Source of the DNA: Camelus dromedarius
Taxonomy: Eukaryota
NCBI RefSeq assembly: GCF_036321535.1
Contig: NC_087436.1
Coordinates: 53,446,001-53,510,000, forward strand
Length of the DNA stretch: 64,000 nucleotides
Direction: 5' to 3'
Each line of letters starts with the position of its first letter. Position 1 is the first letter of the stretch. The notes under the pieces are model-generated. The model had not been told where the DNA came from, did no database searches, and saw nothing but the letters and a program-made list of their open reading frames with translations. Made by a program: the position numbers and the translations under genes. Positions 25,400 to 39,135 of the stretch are shown here, in pieces.

Positions 25400-25715
25400 C
25401 AGGCACACCTCAAAGATACTGCAGGTTTTGTTCCAGACCACCGCAATTGATCGAATATAGCAATAAAGTGAATCACATGAAATTTTTTTGGTTTCCCAGT
25501 ACATATAAAAGCTATATTTACACCATACTGTAGTCTATTAAGTGTGCAACAGCATTGTGTCTTAAAAAAACCCAATGTACATACTTTAACTTTATTGCTA
25601 AAAAAAATGCTAACCATAGTCTGACAACACAGAATTACCACAAACCTTTAATTTTTAAAAATTCAGGGTCTGTGAAGTGCAATAAAGTGAAGCACAATAA
25701 AATGAGGTATGCCTG
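25400..25715 (-). mobile_element. Tigger1-type internally deleted DNA transposon (MITE-like)
   Basis: Terminal inverted repeats CAGGCACACCTC ... GAGGTATGCCTG with TA target-site duplications on both sides. Confidence 0.88.
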
Positions 25716-25829
25716 TACTTCTCCAGCCTGTCAGGTCTTCCAGAGTCTCCACAGTTCCAGTCAGGAAAAGATATGCTCAGGTTACTTGTAACAATGGATA
25801 ACTTACAATATACCAACTACAAGAAAAGC

Positions 25830-28800
25830 ATTACTTTCACTCCATCCCACAAATTTTAAGTTCTGATTTCATTTTCATTTAGTTCAAAACATTTTTTTAA
25901 ATTTCTCTTAAGATTTCTTCTTTGATCCATGTATTATTTAGAAGTGTATGGTTTAATTTCATGTATTTTCAGATTTTCCAGCTATCTTTAATTCCACTGT
26001 GGTCAGAGAACATACACTGTATTTTTATTCTCTTAAGTTTGTTAAGGTATGTTTCATGGCACAGAAAGTGATCTATCTTGTTGGGTGTTTCATGTGACAT
26101 TTAGAAGAAAATGTATTATGCTGTTGTTGGATAAAATAGTCCATTGATATCAATTATATCCAGGTGGTTGATGGTGCTGTTGAATTCAACATATCCTTAC
26201 TGATTGTCTGCCTGCTGGGTCTGTCCGTTTCTGATAGAGGGATGTTGAAGTCCAACAGTTACAGTGAATCTATTTCTCCTTACAGTTCTAGCAGTTTTTG
26301 CCTCATGTATTATGAGGCTGTTTTTAGACACATACAAATTAAGGATTATCATGTCTTCTTGGCAAAGACAAGATACCCCTTTATCATTATGCAATGCCTC
26401 GCTTTCTTGCTTTGAATCTGCTGTCTGAAATTAATCTAACTACTCTAGCTTTTGATTAGTGTTAGTATTGTTATCTTTCTCCATCCTTTTACTCTCGATG
26501 TGTGTCTCTATATTTAAAGTGAGTTTTTTTTGTATATAACATATATTTGGGACTTGTTTTTTGATTCACACTGACAATGTCTTTTAATTGATGCATTTAG
26601 ACTAGCAGCATTTAAAATGATCACTGATACAGTTGGATTACTACCTACCATGTTTGTTACTGTTTTCTACTTGTTGCCCTTCTTTGTTATCACTCTTTTT
26701 CTGCTTCTCTGGTGTTAATGCAGTATTTCACATGATTCCATTTTCTCTTCTTTCTTAGCATATCAACTGTAATTCTTTCTGTTTTTTATTTTAGTGGCAC
26801 AAAAAAAATTTAATTTAGTGGCTGCCCTAGACTTTGCAGTATATATTTACAACTAATCCAAGTTCACTTTCAAATAGCACTATACAGCTTCACTGGTAGT
26901 GCTAATACCTTACAATAACAGTCAGTATAATCCTAATTCCTCCCTCACATGCCTTGTATCATTGCTGTCATGTATTTCAATTATCTATAACTATGATCAT
27001 CAAATATTTTTGCTGTTATTATTTTGAACAAACTGTTATCTGTTAAATCAACAAAGAAAAATAAAAGTTGTAATTTTATTTTTACTAATTTTCTAACACC
27101 CTTCTTTCCTTTACCTGGATCTGATTTTCTGACCTTAATCACTTTCTCTCTGAAGAATCTCTTTAATATTTCTTGCAAGGCAGGTCTGGCAACAAATTTC
27201 CTCAATGTTTATCTAAGAAAGCCTTTATTTCTCCTTCACTTTTAAAGGATAAAGTCACTGGATACAGAATTCTAGATTGGAAAGTTTTTTCCCTCAACAT
27301 TTATATATTTCACTTCACTATATTTTTGCTTGGATTGCTTCTGAGGATAAATGCGATGTAATTCTTATTTCTGCTCCTCTTTTGGTAAGGTGTTTCTTCC
27401 CTCTGGCTTCTTTCAAGATTTTTTTCTTTACCTTTGATTTTCTGTAGTTTGAATATGTTATTCCTAGGTGTAGGGTTCTTTTTGTTTGGTTTGGTTTGGG
27501 TTTTTTTGTTTGTTTTTTGTTTGTTTCTTTGTTTTGCATTAGTTTCCTTAGTGTTTTCTGAGCTTCTTTGATCTGTGGTCCAGTGTCTGACATTAACTTG
27601 AGAAAATTTTCAATCATTATTGCTCTAAATATTGCTTCTGTTCCTTTCTCCTTCTTTTGGCATTTCCATTATGTGTCTGTTATATCTTTTGCAATTATTC
27701 CATAGTTCTTAGATATGCTTTTCCATTTATTTCAATCTGTTTTGTCCTTTTCAGTTTGAGAAGTTTCTACTGACATATCCTCAAATTAGCAGATCCTTTC
27801 CTCAGCTATATATGATCCTCAAATAAGCCCATCAGAGGCATTCTCCAATTCCATTTCAGTAGTTTTAATTTCTAGTATTTCTTTTTCTTTCTTTCTTAGA
27901 ATTTCCATCTCCCTGCTTACATGATCCATCTGTTCTTGCATGTTGTTTATTTTTCCCATTAGAGCCCTTAGCATATTAATATCAGAGTTGTTTTAAATCC
28001 TTGATAATGTCAAAATCCCTGCCGTATCAAAGTCAGGTTCTTGTTCTGTGTCTTCAAACTGTGCTTTTTGCCTTTTAGTACACCTTGTCATTTTTTGCTG
28101 AAAGGCAGACATGATACACTTACGGGTAGAAAGGTGGTAAACAGGCCTTTGTCGTGATAGTGGTAAGTAGTAAGGTGTGGGAGAAGGGGAAGGTTTCTAT
28201 AGTCTTATGATTAGATCTCAGTCTTTTAGTAAGCCTGTGTCCCTGGATTGTGAATTTTGTGATTTCTTCTCAATTTGTTTCACCTCCTCAGGTGGTACAG
28301 GATGTCTAAAGGGGGCTGCAGTTGGGTATTTCTCTTCCCCAATGTCAGTTAAACTCTGTTAACACCTCAGTAGGTCAGACTCTGGCAAAACAGTCTCTAT
28401 TGAGGGCAAGCCTATTTAAGAAAAACAGATTGCTCTGGCATATTTCAAAACGGTTCCTTTTCCCCTTCCCCTGCAAGAATGAGGGAATTCTTCTCTGATC
28501 CTGGTAAAGCATCTAGAGATAAAAGTCACAAAAGTGTAAGGGTCCTCCATGACTGGATTTCTCTGGAGTTTTTAACTCTCAGACTTATCCACACTAAGCC
28601 TCCAGCAATTCACCAATTATGCGTCACATTTTCCAGCTCCAATACTGGTTTCCACAGAGGTGGGTTTCTGCTCCAGTAAGCTGTGATGTCTGTATCTGTA
28701 TGTCTCTCCAGTTCTGGGGTCAGCGGTTTTCCCTGTGATCTCACTTCTCTGATGGATCAGAGAAGAGTCTGGATTTTTTAATTGGTTGAGCTTTTTTACT

Positions 28801-28860
28801 TGTTAGGATGGAGTGACGACTTCTAATCACCTTAGATGCCAGACCGGAAACTAGAAGTCC
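25830..28860 (-). mobile_element. Old degenerate LINE-1 (5' region, ORF1 and ORF2 endonuclease remnants)
   Basis: Minus-strand fragments IENFLKLMSDT..QIKEAQ..KKKILKEARGKKHLT and RKFVARPALQEILK (ORF1-like), QEDMIILNLYVSKN (ORF2 EN-like); boundaries approximate. Confidence 0.8.
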
Positions 28861-30145
28861 TGTCCATTATTTCAAGCAAGGTACCATAAAAATGCAAATG
28901 TTTCTTCCCAGAAGATACACAATATATCTGCAGTAGGGAAAAGAAAATTAAGTTTCTGCTAAAAACTCTTTTTTCACTGGAAAGAGCCTTGCTGCATTCC
29001 AAGCAGAAGTTCTATCATATACAAAGGCCTGGAGTCAAGAAAGAAAAGAGCCCTTTTAAGGAAATACAAATCTTCCACAAGACTGAAGCAAGACTTATGT
29101 GGTGGAATAGCAGAAAATAAGGATGGAGAGATAAGCATAATAAACTAGGTTACACAAGGTCTGGCTGGCCTCGCTACAGAGTTCAGATTTTAGCCCTCTC
29201 TCAACTCTTGAAGATTTTTAAATAGAAGAATGACATTTATTTACTTATAAACTATATCATTCAAAAATTATTAAAGGTGAAAAGAAATGGCATGGATTGA
29301 TATATGCTTTGGAAATATCGCTAAAAGGGCATTCATTTAGAAGTACATCAGATTCAGAGGCCTGGCAACAAAGAAATCACATGGGAGGCTTTATCAGAAA
29401 CCGTGTAAGAAATCACGAGAGTCTGAACTAAGGCAGCAGTAGTGGGGACAGAGAGGAGGTACAAGATGTGAGAGGTCTTTAAGGTTTGGTGACAGAATGA
29501 ATGCAGGGGCTGAGGGAGAGAGAAGCTGTGATTCCCAGGTTTCTATTGGGGCAAGTAAGTAAATGGTGATACCATACAAAGAAAAAAAAGTACCTTTAAA
29601 AAAAAGGATGACAGGATGAGTTCCAGACAAGGTGAGTCTGAGACAATTGTAAAACATCCTAATAGAGACAGAAGTCTAGTAGGCAGTTGTGTGCCCAAGT
29701 CTGGAGTTTACTGGGAGCCATTCTGATTCATAACAAGAAGTTAAAAGCCATGATGTGGATGAGAGAGTGGAGTGAAGGGAAAGATTTTGGATAGAGTTTT
29801 TGAGAGCAACAACCCTTAAGTTATAAACCAAGGAAAAGGAGCCATGAAAAAGACTGAACATCAAAGAAGAGAGGAGTCTGCCCAGTAGAGTCATTTTAAT
29901 AAAATTCAGCATCCAAAAAAAAAAAAATTAAAAACTCAGCATCCACAACAGAGTTTTAAGAGTAAACTGCAAATACTCCATCTTCCCTCTCCCTACAGTC
30001 TGGTCCACTCTTAAAACAACAAACACTGCCACGTCCCAGAGACTTTCCACTGCCCCCTTCCTTGCAAAATTCTCTCCCTGTGTCCTGTTGACCATCCGCC
30101 AAAAATCCTACTCACCCTTCAGCAGCAGCTGGAACAGAAGCCTGG

Positions 30146-30606
30146 TGTAAAACAAAGAACGTTGCCCACCATTCGATTCTACAAGGATTGATTGATTAGC
30201 CACCACCAGAGTCGCTGACCTACAGGGAAGGAATTCAGAGCGCAGATCAGGAAAGAGGCACTGTGCGCTCTGGGAAAACAGGGCAAACAGGCCCTTAGAT
30301 AGCTAGAAATATTCCAAGAGAAACTTTTATGAATCTGGATTCTCGCATCTTCTGCTACTTAGAAAAGCAGAGAAATCATTAACTTAGATATCTGCTCCTC
30401 CCGGCTAGCAACAACCTTCTAAGAGGATATATGCTCGATTACATGGACCCCTGGGTCAAAATCACATATATGGTGGCCTTCCCCTCCGCCCTCCTTGAGA
30501 ACAGTTCCTCAGAGCTCTCTGAGAGCCTGTCTTCCCAGCCGGAGTCCTCAGTAAATTCCGAATAAACTCAACTCACAGGGCTTCGGTTGTGTTTTTTTCC
30601 AGTCAA
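30146..30606 (+). mobile_element. Solo LTR, ERV1-like, upstream of the ADH5 promoter
   Basis: Begins TGTAA, has AATAAA at 30561-30566 followed by a GT-rich U5-like end (..ccagtcaa), flanked by 4-bp direct repeat CTGG (30142-30145 / 30607-30610); terminal CA imperfect. Confidence 0.7.
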
Positions 30607-30829
30607 CTGGGAAGTTTCCTGTGAGCCTCTTTGTGGGCCCTTTATCACTCTTCTCACAGCCCAGCTGACAGAGACTCCCTCGAAGGGCCGTGTCTTACTC
30701 ATCTCGCGTCCTCAAGACGTGCACAGTGTGTACAAGGAGCAAAGGCCGTGCAGTCCTCTCACTGTTTCTCACGTGCTTTTAGTGAATTCCTGGCTCCTCA
30801 CTTTCCACATCTCTCCTCTGTAAGCCTTA

Positions 30830-31560
30830 TCTACGCTGCCTGGGCTAACGGTACACGGGGAAACTCCGGACAGAGACTTTGCAGCGAGCCTGTCAGGTTC
30901 ACCATAAAGCAGCCACCGCCCTCCTGCCGCCTTGAAACTACTACAGCTTCCCGCGAGACCACCTGGGCGTCAGGGGGAGCACTGACCGCGCAGCACCTCA
31001 GGCCCCGCCCTTCTCGTTCAAGCCCCGCCTCCACGCTCGCCCCCGCGCAAGCTGAGGCGGGACCGCGCCCGTCTCACGCCCCGCCCAGGTCCTGGACCCA
31101 CCCCGCGAGGCCGTTCCCGGACTTGGACGCCCGCTTCACGGTCACCGGAATCCGAGGACATGGCGAACCAGGTATCGCCAGGTGCTCCGGGGACGAAGTC
31201 CGAGAAAGGAAGGGAGGGAGGGAAAGCATGGGGCAAAACCGGGCCTCTGGCCTCGGGGGTCGTGCGGGGCTCAGCCCAAAGACGGGATCTGGCTACCGGA
31301 GCTGAAACGGGGCCTCGGGTCAGCGGCTCACCGGGAAAGAATGGAGGAAGCTTTGTTCCAGCTGCTTACTGGGAAGTTTTGATGCTTCTGAGACAGCAGA
31401 AGCGGGGTGGGGGTCGGGGGATCCGGAGTAGGGAGGAGGGCCAGTGTCCTGGTATCTTCGGAGTGGCTTAGGAGCCGCCATGCTTTGCGCACACAAAAAT
31501 AATTCGCCCCGGGTCGCACTTGTAAGTGGCAGAGCTGTAGCCGGCGCCTAACCCCTAGGA
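30830..31560 (+). promoter_or_regulatory. ADH5: ADH5 CpG-island, TATA-less promoter with multiple GC boxes
   Basis: High CpG density; CCCCGCCC/CCCCGCCT boxes near 31003, 31023 and 31079; surrounds exon 1. Confidence 0.88.
31160..31171 (+). CDS. ADH5: ADH5 (class III ADH / S-nitrosoglutathione reductase / GSH-dependent formaldehyde dehydrogenase) exon 1
   Basis: gacATGGCGAACCAG|gtatc = MANQ in a good Kozak context inside the CpG island. Confidence 0.93.
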
Positions 31561-32127
31561 TTTATGGTGCATTGAAGTGAAAAAAGATTCTAATGCAGTG
31601 TATGAATTTTTACCATCAGATTTAATATTTACATTTTAATTTTAAAAGTAATCATTTTTATCACCTCACCAATTTTCCCAAGCCACTCATCCATCTATAT
31701 AGTTCAGCCCTCCTTTTCCTCCACTCTTTGTTCTTCCGCTACTACAAAGTACCAGCTTATTTTTGCAAAGCTGCACTGGGTCAAGGACTGTATTAGGGGC
31801 TTCACATTCACTGCTCACGCTCTGTATAGAGGTATTTTATCTTCATGTGACTATCTCTTCATCCTTTGATATCCTACTTAAAAGTGAAGCTTTCCCAAAC
31901 CCATCAACCAAAGTTATACTTTTTCTCCACAGTTTGCATTCTGTAGCTTTGTACCGCTCCGTTTAAATCTCACTTTTTGTAGTTAGCTTTCAAGTCTGTC
32001 TCCAAACCCAGTGCAACCTTTACCCTGTCAACACATTTCATAAGCATTATGTGAACTGATCCAAACCTTCCTCATTACACTTGATTCTCTGGTAAAGGAA
32101 GGGTGTAAATCTGACTAAAATCTTCAC

Positions 32128-32423
32128 AGCAGCACCATATTATAGAAATATAATATGAGACACATACGTAATTTGAACTTTTATAGTAACCACGTTAAAA
32201 TGGCATTAGAATTGGGTTAAAATTTAACCCAGTATATTCAAAATACTATCTCAACATGTAATCAATGTTTTGAAAATATTATTGAAATATTCTCATTTTT
32301 TTATACTAAGTCTTCAAAATCTGGGTATATTTTACACTTAGAGCTTATCTCAGTTCAGACTGGGCATTTTTCAAGTGCTGGATAGCCACACATGGCAAGT
32401 GTGTACTCTATTGGATAGCACAG
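32128..32423. mobile_element. MER33/MER3-like hAT remnant
   Basis: atagaaatataatatgagacacatacgtaattt...caagtgctggatagccacacatggc...tattggatagcacag resembles MER33. Confidence 0.6.
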
Positions 32424-32624
32424 TTAAAAGGAATAGATGTAGTTTTTTAAATTCCCCCATTCTGATACTCCTTCTTACACTCCTTCCCAGTGTGCAGTTT
32501 TGCACTAAATCAGTGTTACTCAAATCAACCTGAACAAAAGAATTTCGTAGGGCACATTTTAAGCATTCAGATTCCTTGGGCCCTATGCCAGAATACTGAA
32601 TCAGATTCTCTTGGAACTTGGTTT

Positions 32625-32753
32625 TTGGTTTTTTTTGGGGGGGGGGGGTTCATAAATCTTTTTTTTTTTTTTTTAATGGTGATGCCGGGGATTGATCCAG
32701 GACCTTGTGCATGCTAAGCATGTGCTCTACCACTGAGCTATACCCACCCTCCC
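32625..32753 (-). mobile_element. tRNA-derived SINE (camelid Vic-1-like)
   Basis: Reverse complement reads gggtatagctcagtggtagagcacatgcttagcatgcacaaggtcctggatcaatcccc plus A-rich tail; degenerate TSD tggaac(t/c)tg. Confidence 0.8.
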
Positions 32754-32992
32754 TGGAACCTGTGTTCTTAACCTGCTACTACTTATGCATTGTAGAGGAT
32801 CATGAAATAGTCAATGAACAGAACTTTATGTGGTCATCTCAGTTCTTTTTAATGAATGTTATTTATATGAAATATAAACACATGCAAGACAATGCTCCAT
32901 GTCTCTTAGAGGTATATGTTTCTTTGTGAATTTGTGATGTACTCTCTAAGATTAGCATTCATCAACATCTTAATTAACTCATAAGTAGTTGA

Positions 32993-33196
<204 letters not shown>

Positions 33197-34752
33197 TGAC
33201 TGCAGAGGATCAACCCCAAAGGACAGTGTCAAGGGGAAGGTAATAAAAGTCATCCAACCTTGGAATCACCACCTCTTATTTTATCCCTCTCACCTTTGTA
33301 GCACTGCTCTCCATCTTCTTAGCTTTGCTGTTGGTCTGAGCAGCTTTCCCCATGGGTCACTGGATTATTGTAGTTTATCTAATGTAGCCTGGGTTTAAGA
33401 TGACTTTGTAGGATGCTCCCCTTTCTGCTTCTCCTGTAACTTAAAATGTGTGATGACACATTAGAAACAACAACAAAAAAAAAAGTCTTCAGTTTTGTTA
33501 GAAGACACTTCGAATAAGACTTGGGAAGAGGTTCATAACTACTGGACCAACAAGCAAATGCAGTAAGCTTGCTTCTAGAGTTTTGAAATGTACTGACCCT
33601 TGGAGACAAGGTCAGGGTTTGGGGGATTCACTCTTCTAGTGCTTCTCAACCTCTACTGTGGCAGAGAAATTGAAGTTACCGGTGGAGAGAGGCACATTTT
33701 ACAAGGCAGCCAGCTGGATGTTCTGGCATTCTACTCTGTACTTGTTCTGCTATAAAATGAATGCTTTAAAGTAGTGACCACTGAATGAAACTAACATTCT
33801 AGAAAAAAACTTTCTTGCTGTGAATCGGAGTATACTTCCCCTATCCTACCTCCAGTGCTCATGCTCCCAGGGATCACATGTAAAATGTTGAGAAGCCCGG
33901 GACCAGATAACTTTTTAAGATCCTTTCAACCCAGATGCAGGAATCTGAAATCTTATAATAGTTAGTATATTTTTCTTTAAGTTTAGAAATCAACCTGATT
34001 GTGATTTTGCTACTGAAGAAGAAAATGTTGGTCCTGGATGTACTAGAGTGAGCTGTATAGGGTACACTGAGTTCAGCTGCCTTCCCTGGGAAACTGCTAA
34101 AAAAAAAAAAGCTAAGAGTGTTATGTTGTAATTGAGTACATAGGTGAGAAGCAGGGAAGCATAAATACAAATAGTCCCAAGACTTTTCCTTTCTGTACTT
34201 CTGGTAGTTTGGAAAGATAAGAGACGCTTGAAAGCCAGAGGTCAGGATAAAAGGCTTATTTAAGTAGAAATTGTGTATGATTGCTAGAAGGGGAGTTGGT
34301 TCCACTGAAAGCTCTGAGTTTTGGCCCCAACCAAGCAGGCTGGCATATTTTAGAAATTGTACCTTTTTGGACGTTGCATTTCCCAGCAATCATGAGGAGA
34401 CCAGCAGTGAGATGGGCTCTACCTGCTTTTGCATGTAGGTAATGTTCCTTCCTCTCCACACCTGAAGAAGGCACAGTGCCCGTAAATCACCTTGTTTACC
34501 TTCTCTTCACTGAAAAGGAGAATATACATACCATGTTCCACTGCCTATAAATGAACCATTACTTTGATGTACTACTAAGAAATATTGCCAGTTCTAATTG
34601 TTAAGATGCCATAGATTATAAGCACATGCTGATTTTAGAGAAGTTAAAATAAGAAAGAAACGTATCTTACAATCTGTAAAATATGCTATTAAAATAAAAA
34701 TGTCTTTACTTTGACCTATGCCTCACTCTGAATTGCATGCACACACACTTAG

Positions 34753-34935
<183 letters not shown>

Positions 34936-35402
34936 TGAACCATTTATTTTACAATTCTGGCTTATTTCTATAGGGAAATTGTATTTGTGATAAACTACAC
35001 GTTTATTTATGAACAATTTATCGCCTGTCAAGATTGGTTTTATTTCTCATCTGGAAAGCACAAATATTTGAGAATTTTTTTCTGATTTTTCAGACTGCTG
35101 TTTATCTGAAATGGTTTAAGTACATTTCCAAAGCAAATTTTCCCCAATTAAGCAAGAATTTTTAAAGATATGTCAAGTCAGTATTATGAAGCACATGACC
35201 TCCTTGTTCTCCACTTACTGTTTTAAGAGTTTCATATGGATAAAAATTTTGAAACTTGTATTTTTTGCATAGTCAGGCAGTGTCTAAATGATGTTATGTA
35301 GGTAAAGTTCTAAACCTTTTAAGTTGTTAACGTTGCAAACTGAGTTGACAGGAATGGGAATTTGCAGTGGCTGATGTATTCATTTAGAAACAGATGCTAC
35401 CT

Positions 35403-35792
<390 letters not shown>

Positions 35793-37459
35793 TAATTATG
35801 TGGCAGTTTGTACAGAGCATCATCCTCCGTGAATTATTTTATTCCATCTTTATGGCAACCTGTTGTTGTCACTGGTATCACCATATTCATAGAAGAGAAA
35901 ATGTAGACTCAGAAATGGAGTTGTTTGCCCAGCATCATCAGCTGTTAAGATACATAACAATTTTTTGAACTCATTCTCGTTCCATAACCCTAGGCTAAAT
36001 TTGCCAAAATGTATAATAAGGAGGGACATGTTTACGCAATTAAATGGAGTTATTTTTTTTTAATGGAGTCATTTTTATAAGCCATTTTAATTGTCCATGA
36101 AATGAAAGTAATAAAACTTACCTCATAAGGTTTTGGCAAGAGTATAAGAGATAGCACAATGCTTTTAACACAGAAAAAGTCGTTATTTTACTGTAGCAAG
36201 GTAATAGCACTTAAAAAACTTCTTTGAGGCATTTAAGATCTTGTGTTCATTTGCAACTTTTTTATCTTTTTTACTGAAGTAGAACATACATATAACAAAG
36301 TAATTAAAATATACAAATTTTAAGTGTACACTCAACGAGTTTTTATACATATACACACCCAATGGTTACAACCAGATCAAGATAGAGAACCCTTCCAGCA
36401 GCTCACAAAGTTCTTCAAGTACCTTACAGGTCAATACCTGCCTCCCTCAATTCTGCATGAACAGAATTATACAGTATGTGCTCTTTTGTCTGGCGTCTTT
36501 CATCCATGATGTCTGTGAGGTGTATCCAAGTTGCTGTATGCATGAGTGGTTCTCTTTTGCTTCTGCCATATTCCATTCCAAATGTCACTGTTTACCCATT
36601 CTCCTGTTCATGGACATTTACACTGCTCCCAGTTTGGGCCTGTTGTGATTAATACTGCTATGAGCATTCATGCATGTCTCTTGGTAGACGTATGCACAAT
36701 TTTGTCTTGGGTACTTTCCTAGGATTGGAATTGCTGAGTCATAGGATACACTCCTCTCATTTGATTTTCATAGCAATCTATAAGAAAGAGAGATGGTTTC
36801 TCTGATTTTCTAGTGAGGAAACTAAGGCCCAAAAGTTAACTCTCTTGCCCAAGATCACATGGAATTTTAAACCCAAGGATGTTTGCTTTTACAGCCCATA
36901 TTCCTAAGCAAGACATTATATCATCTATCTGTTCAGAATATCAAACATAATTTTTGTTAGTATTATATCGGTTGCATTTGTGAGGTTTATTTATTTTTCC
37001 TTTATTGGTGTAACCAACTACACAGGCAAAAAACAAAGTGAAAAAATTACTTGAATCTGTGAGGGCTGTACACTTTTGAAATAGGCCTCCTAAAAGATCT
37101 GAATTAGCCAGTTTGGCCATCTATTTTCATCAGCTGATCTGGATGATTGCTTGTAATCTCTGCTGTACAGATGCTGGTTTTGGCTTTAAGCTTACAAAGT
37201 TATATTTGCTCACAGAGTTTTATGATGGAATTTTAAAATTATTTCATCTGATCCATAAGTTGTACCTGTTAAAATTATTTCAGTATTCTGACAGTAAAAT
37301 CCAGAAGGATATTGAATGTTGAAAAAGATAGCTAAGATTATAAATCTCTTATAAATGTCCCTATAAGGCATTGCTAAATATTAATAAATATATTGGAAAT
37401 TAGACTTTCAGTCTTAGCACACTTTCTAACTATTTACTGGTCATTATTTTTTAAATTGA

Positions 37460-37786
<327 letters not shown>

Positions 37787-37897
37787 TGATACAACAGAGC
37801 TTTAGTGGAATAGTGAAATTGGCCCAATCTGTAAGAAACCTGATGATTTCCTTGACTCTTGTGGAATGCGTACCTTATAGACTGTCTTTACTATTAG

Positions 37898-38200
<303 letters not shown>

Positions 38201-38865
38201 TGACTTATTTTTTTAAGTGTAATTTCCTTAAGATCAAAAAGTGTTTTGTTTTGCAAAGGAAAAGTCTCTAGATAAGAATTATCCTAATAGAAGAAGGGAA
38301 AAATAACTATTTTAACTAGAAATGGGAAAAGGTAGAAGCATGGTCAGAGGAAAATGAAGAAAAATGTTTCTTTGCCTTTCAGTATGCTAACCCTTAGAGT
38401 ATGTTTCATTAAATGAAAAGGCAGAATGATGCAGTCGTAGAGAACATGGGCTTTAGAATCAGATAGGCATCCACTTACTAACTCAGTGACCTTGAGCAAC
38501 GACTTAACTTCTGTAAACCTGTTCCTTGTGTAGAACGCAGAGAGTAACCACAGGTACTTGATGCAAAGTAGACACTCAGCAAAAGTATTACTGTCACTTC
38601 TCTGCCTGCTGCCTGTATTATAGTCTTTAGAATTTCAAGCTAGGATTTACTTTTAAAAAACAGACAACAAATAAAAGCTCTAAATTCTTTCAATTTGTGT
38701 TAATATTTAGCCAAGTTAGTAAATTCTTTTAAATGCCTGTTAAAATTGTTCAATAAAATTAAACTTGCCAAATACTCAATTTGATCATTTTGTTACCATT
38801 TAAAAAAAAAAGTTTATGCCACCACCTTCTCCCCCGGAAGCTTCTGGGGAAGCAGATATTCTTAG

Positions 38866-39135
<270 letters not shown>

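Noticed and set aside
30631..31305. 224-aa ORF across the ADH5 promoter
   Set aside because: Non-ATG start, no recognisable domain; long frames are expected in stop-poor CpG islands
33874..34389. 171-aa antisense ORF in ADH5 intron 2
   Set aside because: Non-ATG start, no homology recognised, runs through a homopolymer tract
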